Positions 27,666 through 36,645 of a stretch of DNA of 64,000 bases are shown here, piece after piece. The position numbers and the translations under genes were made by a program. Every line of letters begins with the position of its first letter. Position 1 is the stretch's first letter. This DNA comes from Oscillospiraceae bacterium (GTDB lineage Bacteria > Bacillota > Clostridia > Oscillospirales > Oscillospiraceae). The DNA lies in assembly GCA_051867595.1 (NCBI GenBank), contig JBJDYS010000001.1:18784-82783 (forward strand), in the 5' to 3' direction. Under the pieces are notes generated by a model, which saw nothing but the letters and a program-made list of their open reading frames with translations, was not told where the DNA came from and did not search any database.

Positions 27666-28139
27666 TCAGTTTTGTTCTTCCGTGACCATCGCGTCGAGGA
27701 GAAGCTGATGGATCTCCGGATAGCTTCGCTTCAGGGAGACGATATGCCCCTCCGCGTCGAGGAAAGCGTGACGGCTCTCCCCCAGCGTGCAAAGCTCGCC
27801 GGTATCCAGCTTCGTGATCCGGTACAGGATCGTCAGCTTCAGGCCGGTATACTCCGCGATGCGGCACTCGATCAGTACGCGCTCGTTGAAGTGTACCATG
27901 GACTTGTACTCCGTCGAAATGCCGAGCACCGGACTGTAAACGCCCATGCTCTCCATTTTCTCATAGCCGAAGCCGATCTGCTCCATGATATCCACGCGGG
28001 CCTCCTCCATCCAGTGGACGTAGTTGGCATGGTGGATGATTTTCATCTGGTCGGTCTCGTAGTAGTTTGCAAACCGCACATAGGGCTTTACCCGCAGCGG
28101 AGCGGCTTCTTCAAAGGTGATCTTTTTCCGTTCTTTCAT
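27666..28139 (-). CDS. Acyl-CoA thioesterase, 4HBT/YbgC (hotdog) family
   Basis: VRFANYYETDQMKIIHHANYVHWMEEARVDIMEQIGF is the typical hotdog-fold thioesterase N-terminus with the catalytic Asp. Confidence 0.85.
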   Translation of the reverse strand: MKERKKITFEEAAPLRVKPYVRFANYYETDQMKIIHHANYVHWMEEARVDIMEQIGFGYEKMESMGVYSPVLGISTEYKSMVHFNERVLIECRIAEYTGLKLTILYRITKLDTGELCTLGESRHAFLDAEGHIVSLKRSYPEIHQLLLDAMVTEEQN

Positions 28140-28156
28140 ATGTATTTCCCCCGGAT

Positions 28157-28183
28157 GAAAAGACCGCGCCGATTCCGGCGCGG
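28157..28183 (-). terminator. Hairpin plus T-tract between plsY and the thioesterase gene
   Basis: ccgcgccg-gaat-cggcgcgg followed by tcttttc, ending about 17 nt before the thioesterase ATG. Confidence 0.5.
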
Positions 28184-28194
28184 CCCGTAAATTG

Positions 28195-28860
28195 TCAGAA
28201 ACGATCCTCCCGCAGACGGCTGTCCGGCTGACGGCCCCAGTTGACCTTGGGTTCCTTCTTCGCCAGAAGCTTTCCGATGTTGCCGCGGTGACGCCAGAGG
28301 ATGAACAGGAACGTGATCATCACAAGGACGCCCGCAAGGCCCTTCATCTGCTCCGACTCCACGAAAATCCACGCGGCGATCATCCCGGTGAAGCCGCCGG
28401 AAAGGCTCGCCAGAGACAGGAACTGGCTCAGCGCCAGCACCGCGACAAACACGCCGGTCACGAACAGGCCGATGCGCCAGTCCGCCAGCCAAAGCGCGGT
28501 GAACAGGCAGGTAACGCCCTTGCCGCCGCGGAAATTACGCTGGATGGGATAGATGTCGCCCAGCACGACGCAGAAGCCCGCAAAGAGCTTTCCGATGACC
28601 GGGAAACCGCCTTCCCCGCCGGGAATTTTCATCAGCAGGCCGCCAATGATGACGGCGACTGCCGCCTTGACAATATCGCCGAGAATGACGGCAAATCCCC
28701 ATTTCCGGCCGAAATGACGCACGAAGGTGTTGTAACCGACGAAACGGCCCGGCCGGGAAATATCCTTGTGGAAGACATATTTTGCCAGAAGGATCGGGCT
28801 CGACAGCGTGCCGAGCGCATACGACACCGCGGCAATGAGAATCAGAAGCAGAGCGGTCAT
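28195..28860 (-). CDS. plsY: Glycerol-3-phosphate acyltransferase PlsY-like (divergent motif 2)
   Basis: About 7-TM protein directly after der (conserved der-plsY linkage) with FRGGKGVTCLF (KGGKG motif). The usual GSGNxGATN block reads GRFVGYNTF. ATGA overlap with der. Confidence 0.7.
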   Translation of the reverse strand: MTALLLILIAAVSYALGTLSSPILLAKYVFHKDISRPGRFVGYNTFVRHFGRKWGFAVILGDIVKAAVAVIIGGLLMKIPGGEGGFPVIGKLFAGFCVVLGDIYPIQRNFRGGKGVTCLFTALWLADWRIGLFVTGVFVAVLALSQFLSLASLSGGFTGMIAAWIFVESEQMKGLAGVLVMITFLFILWRHRGNIGKLLAKKEPKVNWGRQPDSRLREDRF

Positions 28861-30182
28861 TCCTTGTCTCCTTTTTGTCGGATCGTTATCCGAACCGGCG
28901 TTCCCTCCAGGCCAAAGGCGGCGCGGATACGGTTTTCGATGTAACGCTGATAGGAAAAATGGAACAGTTCCTTGCTGTTGCAGAAAATCACGAAATGCGG
29001 CGGCTTTACGCCGGTCTGGGTCATGTAATAGACCTTCAGGCGTCGGCCTCTGTCCGTGGGCGGCTGCTGCCGTGCCTGCGCGTCGGCAAGGACGTTGTTG
29101 AGCATACCGGTGGTGATCCGCATACTGGCCTGATCGTTCACGAAGTTCACCAATTCAAATATACGCTCCGCACGCTGCCCCGTCAAGCAGGAGATGAACA
29201 GAATCGGCGCATACGGCATGAACGACAGGTCGCGCTGCACCTCCTTACGCATACGCTCCATCGTGTTGGTTTCCTTTTCGATCAGATCCCACTTGTTCAC
29301 GACGATAATGCTCGCCTTCCCCGCCTCATGGGCAAGGCCCGCGATTTTGGTGTCCTGCTCGGTGACACCCTCGCGTGCATCGATCATGATGAGGCACACA
29401 TCGCTGCGCTCGATGGCCATCTGGGCGCGCATGACGGAGAATTTCTCCACACGCTCATTCACCTTCGACTTGCGGCGGATGCCGGCGGTGTCAATAAAGA
29501 GGTATTTTCCGAATTTGTTTTCAACGGGTGTGTCCACCGCGTCGCGGGTCGTGCCGGGCATATCCGCCACGATGACGCGCTTTTCGCCCAGAATGTGGTT
29601 GATGAGCGAGGATTTGCCGACATTGGGCTTTCCGATGACCGCGACCTTGATGCGGTCGTCCTCCTCCTCGAACTCCTCCTCCGGCGGGAAATACGCCACG
29701 CAGGCATCCAGCAGATCGCCGGTGCCGTGGCCGTGTACGGCGGAGACCGCGATAGGGTCGCCGAGGCCGAGGTTGTAGAACTCATAGATGCCCGGGTCAT
29801 TCGGCCCGATGGAATCCATCTTGTTGACCGCCAGCACGACGGGCTTTCCGCAGCGCTGGAGCATACTCGCCACATCCTGATCGGCGGCGGTGATGCCCGT
29901 TCCGATCTCCGTCACCAGGACGATGACCGTCGCCGCATCAATCGCCATCATGGCCTGTTCGCGCATGAAGAGAAGAATCTCGTTGTCGGTGTTCGGCTCG
30001 ATGCCGCCGGTATCGACGATGTCGAATTTGCGGCCCAGCCACTCGCATTCCGCGTACAGGCGGTCACGGGTCACGCCGGGCGTGTCCTCGACAATGGACA
30101 GACGCCGTCCGGCCAGACGGTTGAACAGGTGGGATTTCCCCACATTGGGCCGGCCAACGATCGCCACAAGAGGTCTCTGCAT
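28857..30182 (-). CDS. der: Ribosome-biogenesis GTPase Der (EngA)
   Basis: Two tandem GTPase domains (GRPNVGKS, DTGG, NKMD; GKPNVGKS, DTAG, NKWD) plus a KH-like C-terminus. Confidence 0.95.
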   Translation of the reverse strand: MQRPLVAIVGRPNVGKSHLFNRLAGRRLSIVEDTPGVTRDRLYAECEWLGRKFDIVDTGGIEPNTDNEILLFMREQAMMAIDAATVIVLVTEIGTGITAADQDVASMLQRCGKPVVLAVNKMDSIGPNDPGIYEFYNLGLGDPIAVSAVHGHGTGDLLDACVAYFPPEEEFEEEDDRIKVAVIGKPNVGKSSLINHILGEKRVIVADMPGTTRDAVDTPVENKFGKYLFIDTAGIRRKSKVNERVEKFSVMRAQMAIERSDVCLIMIDAREGVTEQDTKIAGLAHEAGKASIIVVNKWDLIEKETNTMERMRKEVQRDLSFMPYAPILFISCLTGQRAERIFELVNFVNDQASMRITTGMLNNVLADAQARQQPPTDRGRRLKVYYMTQTGVKPPHFVIFCNSKELFHFSYQRYIENRIRAAFGLEGTPVRITIRQKGDKE

Positions 30183-30262
30183 TTGGTTCCGCCTCCTTTC
30201 GATTTGTTATAGATAACACGCTAGGGACGACTTTCGCCGTCCCGAAAAAAGTTCGTATTTGC

Positions 30263-30295
30263 AAAAAAAGGGAGGAAATCTTAGGTTTCCCTCCC
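30263..30295 (-). terminator. Intrinsic terminator after rpmF
   Basis: Minus strand: gggagggaaa-loop-tttcctccc followed by ttttttt. Confidence 0.6.
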
Positions 30296-30305
30296 CCGTT
30301 TTTGC

Positions 30306-30494
30306 TCAGTCAGCAGCATCCACCGCGACAACCTCGCGTCCGTTATACTGGCCGCAGGAAGGGCACGCACGGTGAGGCATATGATACTCGCCGCAGTTGG
30401 GGCAGGCAACCAGCTTGGGAAGCTTCAGCTTCCAGACACTGGAACGTCTTTTGCTCTTTCTGGCGTGGGATACTTTTCTTTTAGGGACTGCCAT
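30306..30494 (-). CDS. rpmF: 50S ribosomal protein L32
   Basis: MAVPKRKVSHARKSKRRS... with a CxxC...CxxC zinc ribbon. Confidence 0.95.
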   Translation of the reverse strand: MAVPKRKVSHARKSKRRSSVWKLKLPKLVACPNCGEYHMPHRACPSCGQYNGREVVAVDAAD

Positions 30495-30497
30495 GGC

Positions 30498-31004
30498 TCA
30501 CACCTCCTGTATATCATCCAACAGCTGCGCGAGAGCAGCCATTCTTGGATCGGTTTGTTTGCGACAACCGCAGGGGCCGTCGTTCAGATTCTTGCCGCAG
30601 GTGCCGCACAGGCCCTTGCAGTCCTCCCGACACAGGAATTTCTGTTCCATGTTCAGGATGAAGCAGGTCTCCAGCACGTCGCTCACATCGACCCCGTCCC
30701 CGTCCAGGGGAAAGAGCTCGTCGTAATCGTCCTCGTCGGGATCGGCTTTCAGCGTCGCCTCAACAGGGACGGAGCGTTTTTGCGAAAACTCCGCGGTGCA
30801 GCGATCGCAGCGGACGGTCATGTCCGCTTCCACAATGGCGGTCAGCTCCAGGATACCCGCGGTATTTTTCACCTCGCCGGAGGCTGTCACCGGCCCGTCA
30901 AAACGGACAAGAGCCGGGAACGCAAGCCGTTCGCGGTCAAGCTCGCACCGAAACGGAACCCGTCCGCCCGGTACCTCGATTATCTCGTGCAGATCAAGAA
31001 ACAT
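30498..31004 (-). CDS. yceD: YceD/DUF177 family protein
   Basis: C-terminal CREDCKGLCGTCGKNLNDGPCGC, directly upstream of rpmF as in most bacteria. The start ATG at 31004 follows TGAGGT. Confidence 0.85.
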   Translation of the reverse strand: MFLDLHEIIEVPGGRVPFRCELDRERLAFPALVRFDGPVTASGEVKNTAGILELTAIVEADMTVRCDRCTAEFSQKRSVPVEATLKADPDEDDYDELFPLDGDGVDVSDVLETCFILNMEQKFLCREDCKGLCGTCGKNLNDGPCGCRKQTDPRMAALAQLLDDIQEV

Positions 31005-31032
31005 AGCGATAACCTCATACAGTCGCCAAAGT

Positions 31033-31061
31033 ATTATAAAATACCCGTGCCTTATTGTCAA
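31033..31061 (-). promoter_or_regulatory. Consensus sigma-A promoter for yceD-rpmF
   Basis: Minus strand: TTGACA-17 nt-TATAAT, both hexamers perfect. Confidence 0.6.
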
Positions 31062-31083
31062 CCAGAATTTTTCATGTTATGAT
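31055..31083 (+). promoter_or_regulatory. Sigma-A promoter for rlu; the predicted TSS coincides with the ATG
   Basis: TTGTCA-17 nt-TATGAT with an upstream TG. The -10 ends 6 nt before the ATG at 31090. The -35 overlaps the divergent -35. Confidence 0.45.
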
Positions 31084-31089
31084 GCCGAT

Positions 31090-32070
31090 ATGAGAGAATT
31101 TTTCGTTACAAGAAACGACGCGGGACAGCGGCTCGACCGCTTCGCCGCCAAATGCGCGCCGAAGCTCCCGTCCTCCCTCCTGCAGCGCTACTTCCGCACG
31201 AAGGACATCAAGGTGAACGGCCACTGGGCCAAACCCGATGTCCGGCTCGCGGAGGGCGATGCCGTACGGCTGTATGTGCCGGAGGAGTTTTTCGGCGAGG
31301 CGGAGCGCCGGGAGGAATCCGGCTGGCTCAAAACCCTGCGCCCCAAATTGGATATAGTATACGAGGACGGGAACATTCTCCTTGTGAACAAGCGTCCGGG
31401 GGTGCTGTGCCACGCCGCCGGAGGCTGGTCCGCCGACACGCTGATCGCCCATATCCAGGCGCACGCCTATCAGGCCGGGCAGTGGGATCCCGCGAAGGAA
31501 AACAGCTTCGCGCCCGCGCTGTGCAACCGCATCGACCGCGGCACGGGCGGCATCGTCATCGCCGCCAAGACCGCCGAAGCGCTGCGTATCCTCGACGATA
31601 AGATCCGCTCACGCGAGATCGACAAGGAATATCTCTGCGTCTGCCTCGGCACGCCCTCTCCGCCCACCGGCACGCTGACCGACTGGCTTTTCAAGGACGC
31701 CGTCAAAAACCAGGTGTTCGTCAAGCCCCGGCAGGAGCCGGGCGCAAGCATCGCCGTCACGGACTACGCCGTTCTCGGCAGCCGGAACGGCCTGTCCCTT
31801 GTGGAATGCCGCCTGCACACCGGGCGGACACACCAGATTCGCGTACAGATGGCCCACGCCGGGCATCCCCTCCTCGGCGACAGCAAGTACGGCGTCGAGA
31901 AGATGAACCGCCGGTACGGCGAGAGCCGTCAGCTTCTCTGGAGCTATAAGCTCACGTTTTCTTTTACCACGGACGCGGGCGCTCTGCAATACCTGAACGC
32001 TCGGGTTTTCACGGTCCGAAACGTGCCGTTTGCCGAAAAATACTTCCCTGACGCCGCGCCGAAACGCTAG
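31090..32070 (+). CDS. RluA-family 23S rRNA pseudouridine synthase (RluC/RluD-like)
   Basis: S4-like N-terminus (QRLDRFAAK...) and catalytic block NRIDRGTGGIVIAAKT...HQIRVQMAHAGHPLLGDSKYG. No SD upstream. Confidence 0.9.
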   Translation: MREFFVTRNDAGQRLDRFAAKCAPKLPSSLLQRYFRTKDIKVNGHWAKPDVRLAEGDAVRLYVPEEFFGEAERREESGWLKTLRPKLDIVYEDGNILLVNKRPGVLCHAAGGWSADTLIAHIQAHAYQAGQWDPAKENSFAPALCNRIDRGTGGIVIAAKTAEALRILDDKIRSREIDKEYLCVCLGTPSPPTGTLTDWLFKDAVKNQVFVKPRQEPGASIAVTDYAVLGSRNGLSLVECRLHTGRTHQIRVQMAHAGHPLLGDSKYGVEKMNRRYGESRQLLWSYKLTFSFTTDAGALQYLNARVFTVRNVPFAEKYFPDAAPKR

Positions 32071-32105
32071 TTTCTGTTACTTTCTGTCATAATTCGAGTT
32101 TCCTA

Positions 32106-32134
32106 TTGACAAAGATTTTGGAGCTTGCTAGAAT
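32106..32134 (+). promoter_or_regulatory. Sigma-A-type promoter at the head of the pot leader
   Basis: TTGACA-17 nt-TAGAAT. Confidence 0.55.
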
Positions 32135-32140
32135 TAACCG

Positions 32141-32479
32141 TCTCAATTGGAAACATCGAAAGAGTCTTTCCAAAGCAGGATGCGACCGCCGCTTTTTCGG
32201 AAGCGGCCAAGGCCAGACGGACAGCCGGGTCGAATGCCGATTTCCCGCCCGCGTGCGGTGGCAGCTTCTGTTGCCTTATTGATTGAGTTAGAAGCTCAAG
32301 TTTTATAAGTTGGTATACTTTATAACCATGTGCCTGGGGCATACAAACTTGTGAAATGGTCAATAAGAGTAGTAAAAGTAATCTTTGCTATATAGACTCT
32401 AAAAACCAATGGGATTGTGAATACCGCCGATTGCCTGTGTTTGTGTGTATTATCTGCGGAACAATATCCGATCATACAA
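32141..32479 (+). ncRNA. Candidate structured leader or sRNA upstream of potA (unclassified)
   Basis: Non-coding stretch between the promoter and terminator. The GC-rich first half has local stems (ttggaaa/tttccaa; ccgcttt-ttcg-gaagcgg). The AT-rich second half has an extended -10 (TGgTATACT at 32311-32319). I recognise no known riboswitch signature. Confidence 0.3.
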
Positions 32480-32510
32480 GTGGAGTATGCCAAAGCATAC
32501 TCCACTTTTT
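32480..32510 (+). terminator. Intrinsic terminator 20 nt upstream of the potA start
   Basis: gtggagtatgc-caaa-gcatactccac (11-bp perfect stem) followed by ttttt. Confidence 0.7.
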
Positions 32511-32530
32511 ACATTTTCCGGAGAGACGCC

Positions 32531-33649
32531 ATGAAAAAGATCATTGAACTCAAAAACATCACCAAATCCTTTGACGGCGAGGTCGTCCTGAACAACATCA
32601 GCCTCGATATCTACGACAACGAGTTCATCACGCTGCTCGGCCCCTCCGGCTGCGGTAAAACCACCACCCTGCGTCTGATCGGCGGCTTTGAGACGCCGGA
32701 TTCCGGCGACATCATATTCATGGGCCAGCGCATAAACGACGTTCCCGCGCACAAGCGGAATGTGAACACCGTCTTTCAGCGGTACGCGCTCTTCCCCCAC
32801 CTGAACGTATTTGAGAACGTCGCGTTTCCCCTGCGCGAGAAAAAGGTGCCGAAGGACGAGATCGAGCAGCGCGTGGAGGAAATGCTCTCCATGGTCGCCC
32901 TCAAGGGCTTTGAAAAGCGCAACGTCACCCGTCTTTCCGGCGGCCAGCAGCAGCGCGTCGCCATCGCCCGTGCGCTCATCAGCCATCCGCAGGTGCTGCT
33001 CCTCGACGAGCCGCTCGCCGCGCTTGATCTCAAGCTGCGTAAGGATATGCAGCAGGAGCTGAAAAACATCCAGAAGGCCACCGGCATCACCTTCATCTTC
33101 GTCACCCACGATCAGGAGGAGGCGCTCTCCATGTCCGACACCATCGTCGTCATGTCCGAGGGCCGGATCCAGCAGATCGGCACGAGCGTCGATGTATACA
33201 ACGAGCCGGAAAACGCCTTCGTCGCGGACTTCATCGGCGAGTCGAACATCCTCGACGGCGTGATGGAAAAGGACTACACCGTCAGCTTCTCCGGCCAGAC
33301 CTTCCCCTGCCTCGACGCCGGCTTTGCCCCGAACGAGCCGGTCGATGTGGTCGTCCGCCCGGAGGACGTCGATATCGTCGCCCCGGAAAAGGGTATGCTG
33401 CAGGGCGTCGTCACCTCCGTCACCTTCATGGGCGTTCATTACGAGGTCATCGTGGACATCGGCGGCTTCAAGTGGATGATCCAGACCACCGACTTTGTGG
33501 ACGTGGACGAGAAGATCGGCCTGTATATCGAGCCGGACGCGATCCATGTTATGAAAAAGAGCGAATACTCCGGTATGTACGGCGATTATTCCTCCTTCTC
33601 GAACGAGCTCGACGAGCTCTCCGATGCGGAAGCCGAGGTTGACGAATGA
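32531..33649 (+). CDS. potA: Spermidine/putrescine ABC transporter ATP-binding protein
   Basis: Walker [10 protein letters not shown], signature [13 protein letters not shown], Walker [12 protein letters not shown], and a TOBE-like C-terminus. The start at 32531 follows GGAGAG. Confidence 0.95.
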   Translation: MKKIIELKNITKSFDGEVVLNNISLDIYDNEFITLLGPSGCGKTTTLRLIGGFETPDSGDIIFMGQRINDVPAHKRNVNTVFQRYALFPHLNVFENVAFPLREKKVPKDEIEQRVEEMLSMVALKGFEKRNVTRLSGGQQQRVAIARALISHPQVLLLDEPLAALDLKLRKDMQQELKNIQKATGITFIFVTHDQEEALSMSDTIVVMSEGRIQQIGTSVDVYNEPENAFVADFIGESNILDGVMEKDYTVSFSGQTFPCLDAGFAPNEPVDVVVRPEDVDIVAPEKGMLQGVVTSVTFMGVHYEVIVDIGGFKWMIQTTDFVDVDEKIGLYIEPDAIHVMKKSEYSGMYGDYSSFSNELDELSDAEAEVDE

Positions 33650-34539
33650 AGCGCGCCGCCCTCAAGCCGAAAAAGCGCGGCATTTCGCTGTATAACCTCG
33701 CGCTCGCACCCTACTCCGTGTGGGCCGTTCTGTTCATCATCGTGCCGCTCATCTTTGTCGCCTACTATGCCTTCACGGACGACAGCTTCCGCTTCACCAC
33801 GGCGAACATCACCCGCTTTTTCACCGCCACCTCCCAGATGACGATGGATAACGGCGCCACGCAGGAGGTTCACACCTATCTGCTGATCTTCTGGCGTTCG
33901 CTGAAGCTTGCCATCATCTCGACCGCCATCTGCCTTCTCGCCGGTTATCCCATCGCCTATATCATCGCACGGGCAAGCCCCAAGGCGCAGAAGCTCATGA
34001 TTACCCTCATCATGATCCCCATGTGGATGAACTTCCTCATCCGCACCTACGCGTGGATGACCATCCTGCAGGACACCGGCATCTTCAACAACTTCCTCGG
34101 TCTGTTCGGTCTGCCTCCCGTCCACATCATCGGCACGGAAGCCGCCGTCGTCATCGGCATGGTATACGACTACTTCCCGTACATGATCCTGCCGCTGTAC
34201 TCCATCATGGCCAAGATGGACACCCGCCTATTTGAGGCCGCGCGCGACCTCGGCTGCTCGAATTTCGGCGTTCTGCGCCGGGTCATCCTGCCGCTGAGTA
34301 CGCCGGGCATCCTCTCCGGCATCACGATGGTGCTCATCCCCTCGATCAGCACCTTCTATATCTCCCAGAAGCTCGGCAACGGCAAATTCTTCCTCATCGG
34401 CGACGCCATCGAGGGCCAGTATCTGTCGAACAACCTGCATTTCGCCGCCGCCATCGCGTTCATTATGATGGTCGTGCTGCTCGCCGCCATGGCGCTCATG
34501 CGCTATCTCACCGGCAAGCGCGTTTACGGAGGTACCTGA
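33646..34539 (+). CDS. potB: Spermidine/putrescine ABC transporter permease
   Basis: Six-TM BPD-type permease with an EAA loop ([21 protein letters not shown]). ATGA overlap with potA. Confidence 0.9.
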   Translation: MKRAALKPKKRGISLYNLALAPYSVWAVLFIIVPLIFVAYYAFTDDSFRFTTANITRFFTATSQMTMDNGATQEVHTYLLIFWRSLKLAIISTAICLLAGYPIAYIIARASPKAQKLMITLIMIPMWMNFLIRTYAWMTILQDTGIFNNFLGLFGLPPVHIIGTEAAVVIGMVYDYFPYMILPLYSIMAKMDTRLFEAARDLGCSNFGVLRRVILPLSTPGILSGITMVLIPSISTFYISQKLGNGKFFLIGDAIEGQYLSNNLHFAAAIAFIMMVVLLAAMALMRYLTGKRVYGGT

Positions 34540-34540
34540 C

Positions 34541-35338
34541 ATGAAGACTGCATCGAAAATCTATACCGCGCTGGTGTTCGTCTTTCTGTTTGCGCCGATC
34601 GCCATTCTGCTGGTGTTTTCCTTCAACGAAGCCAAGAGCCTTTCCGTGTTCTCCACCTTCTCCTTCAAGTGGTACCGGGAGCTTTTCCGCGACAGCGACA
34701 CCCTCGCGTCCGTGAAAAACACGCTCATCCTCGCAGTGTCCGCCTCCGTCATCTCCACCGTCATGGGCACGGCCGCAGCCGTCGGCATCAACAAGCTGCG
34801 AAACCGTTTCCTGCGTTCGGCGATGGACACCGTGACGGACATCCCCATGACGAACCCGGACATCATCACCGGCATCTCCCTGATGCTCATGTTCGTGTTC
34901 GTCGGCACCCTGTTCGGAACGCGCACCAGCCTGAGCTTCTGGACGATGCTCATTTCGCACATCACCTTCTGCCTGCCGTATGTCATATTGCAGGTGCTGC
35001 CGAAGCTGCGCCAGATGGATCCCGCGCTGCCCGAGGCCGCCATGGATCTCGGCTGCACGCCGCTCAGGGCGTTTTTGAAGGTTGAGCTTCCGGAGATCAT
35101 GCCCGGCATCGTGACCGGCCTGATTATGGCGTTCACCCTGTCGCTCGACGACTTCGTCATCAGCTACTTCACGCAGGGCAACGGCTTCCAGACCCTGCCC
35201 ATCCGCATCTACAACATGACCAAAAAGACCGTTACGCCGAAGATGTATGCCCTCGCGACCATCATTTTCTTTGTCATACTGGCTCTGCTCCTCATCTCGA
35301 ACCTCATCGACCGGGACGAGACCGAAAAGCAGTCCTGA
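34541..35338 (+). CDS. potC: Spermidine/putrescine ABC transporter permease
   Basis: BPD-type permease with an EAA loop (PEAAMDLGCTPLRAFLKVELP). Confidence 0.9.
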   Translation: MKTASKIYTALVFVFLFAPIAILLVFSFNEAKSLSVFSTFSFKWYRELFRDSDTLASVKNTLILAVSASVISTVMGTAAAVGINKLRNRFLRSAMDTVTDIPMTNPDIITGISLMLMFVFVGTLFGTRTSLSFWTMLISHITFCLPYVILQVLPKLRQMDPALPEAAMDLGCTPLRAFLKVELPEIMPGIVTGLIMAFTLSLDDFVISYFTQGNGFQTLPIRIYNMTKKTVTPKMYALATIIFFVILALLLISNLIDRDETEKQS

Positions 35339-35376
35339 CCATATGAAAGCATCACTGATTCCAGGAGGTTGACCCC

Positions 35377-36492
35377 ATGAAAAAGACAATTTCCCTGCTC
35401 CTCGTGTGCGCGCTGCTCGCGGCTGCACTCCTGTGCCTGACCGGCTGCGGCTCGTCCGATACGCTCACGCTCAACGTATACAACTGGGGCGAATATATTT
35501 CCGACGGCTCCGAGGACACGCTCGACACCATCGCCGCCTTTGAGGACTGGTACGAGCAGACCTATGGCACCAAGGTCAAGGTCATCTACGACACCTACGA
35601 CAGCAACGAGACCATGTATAGCCGCATCAGCAGCGGCGCCGTCAATTACGACGTCATCATCCCCTCCGACTATATGATCGCGCGCATGGCGAGCGAAGGG
35701 ATGCTCCTGCCGCTGAACTTCGACAACATCCCCAACTACCAGTACATTAACGACAGCTTCCGCGGCCTGTTCTATGACCCGGACAACACCTACTCCGTGC
35801 CCTACACCTACGGCATCGTCGGCGTTATCTACAACGCCAATGTCGTGGACGAGGCGGACGCGCAGGGCTGGGAGCTTATGTGGAACGAGAAGTACGCCGG
35901 GCAGATCCTCCAGTTCAACAACTCCCGCGACGCCTTCGGCACCGCCATGTATAAGCTCGGCCTCGATGTGAACAGCACCGATCACGCGGTTTGGGACACC
36001 GCGCTCGACGAGCTTCTCACCCAAGCCCCGCTCGTGAAGAGCTACGTCATGGACGAGATCTACAACATGATGGAGTCCGGCGAGGCCGCCGTCAGCTCCT
36101 ACTACGCCGGTGACTACTTCACGATGCTCGACGCGCAGGCCGACGACGTCGATCTGCAGTTCTACTATCCGGAGACCACCAACTATTTCGTCGACGCCAT
36201 GTGCATCCCCACCTGCTGCCAGAATCAGGAGCTGGCGGAGATCTTCATCAATTATATGCTCTCCGAGGAGCCCGCCATTGCGAACGCCGAGTATATCTGG
36301 TACGCCTCCCCCAACTCGCTCGTCTATGAAAACGAGGACTACATCGACGAGATCGGCGAGGACGCCATGGCGATTCTCTATCCCGACATCGAGAACTTCT
36401 CCCGGAATTTCAACACCTACGCCTACCGCAACCTCGACGCGGACACGCTCGGTTACATCAACACCCTCTGGGAGACGCTCAAGATCAACTGA
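35377..36492 (+). CDS. potD: Spermidine/putrescine-binding lipoprotein
   Basis: Lipobox LTGC|GSS and a PotD-like body (LNVYNWGEYI..., ...IPSDYM...). Confidence 0.9.
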   Translation: MKKTISLLLVCALLAAALLCLTGCGSSDTLTLNVYNWGEYISDGSEDTLDTIAAFEDWYEQTYGTKVKVIYDTYDSNETMYSRISSGAVNYDVIIPSDYMIARMASEGMLLPLNFDNIPNYQYINDSFRGLFYDPDNTYSVPYTYGIVGVIYNANVVDEADAQGWELMWNEKYAGQILQFNNSRDAFGTAMYKLGLDVNSTDHAVWDTALDELLTQAPLVKSYVMDEIYNMMESGEAAVSSYYAGDYFTMLDAQADDVDLQFYYPETTNYFVDAMCIPTCCQNQELAEIFINYMLSEEPAIANAEYIWYASPNSLVYENEDYIDEIGEDAMAILYPDIENFSRNFNTYAYRNLDADTLGYINTLWETLKIN

Positions 36493-36510
36493 ACCAAAAC
36501 TGAAAAACTG

Positions 36511-36541
36511 CCGCCGCGGAGCTGTTCCGCGGCGGTTTTTT
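36511..36541 (+). terminator. Intrinsic terminator of the pot operon
   Basis: ccgccgcgga-gctgt-tccgcggcgg followed by tttttt. Confidence 0.8.
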
Positions 36542-36645
36542 AAACTTTCTGTTAAGTTCTTCCCCGCCTTATTGTCCCTCATTTTTGAATATGTTATATT
36601 GATTAAAGCATTTTTATGTAATCCTTTTGCATCGAGGTCCTGTTC

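Noticed and set aside
32103-32363. 86-aa minus-strand ORF in the pot leader. I also tested whether the GC-rich part is SRP RNA, tmRNA, RNase P or 6S RNA.
   Set aside because: The ORF has no SD and no recognisable protein features. The hallmark RNA motifs I remember are absent (GGAAGGAAGCAGC of SRP, GAGGAAAGTCC of RNase P, the tmRNA tag region). 6S RNA cannot be excluded without a covariance-model search.
32356-32547. Cys-rich 63-aa ORF ([36 protein letters not shown]...) in the pot leader; bacteriocin-like at first glance.
   Set aside because: It has no SD, runs straight through the 32480-32510 terminator hairpin and overlaps the potA start in another frame. AT-rich chance ORF is more likely.
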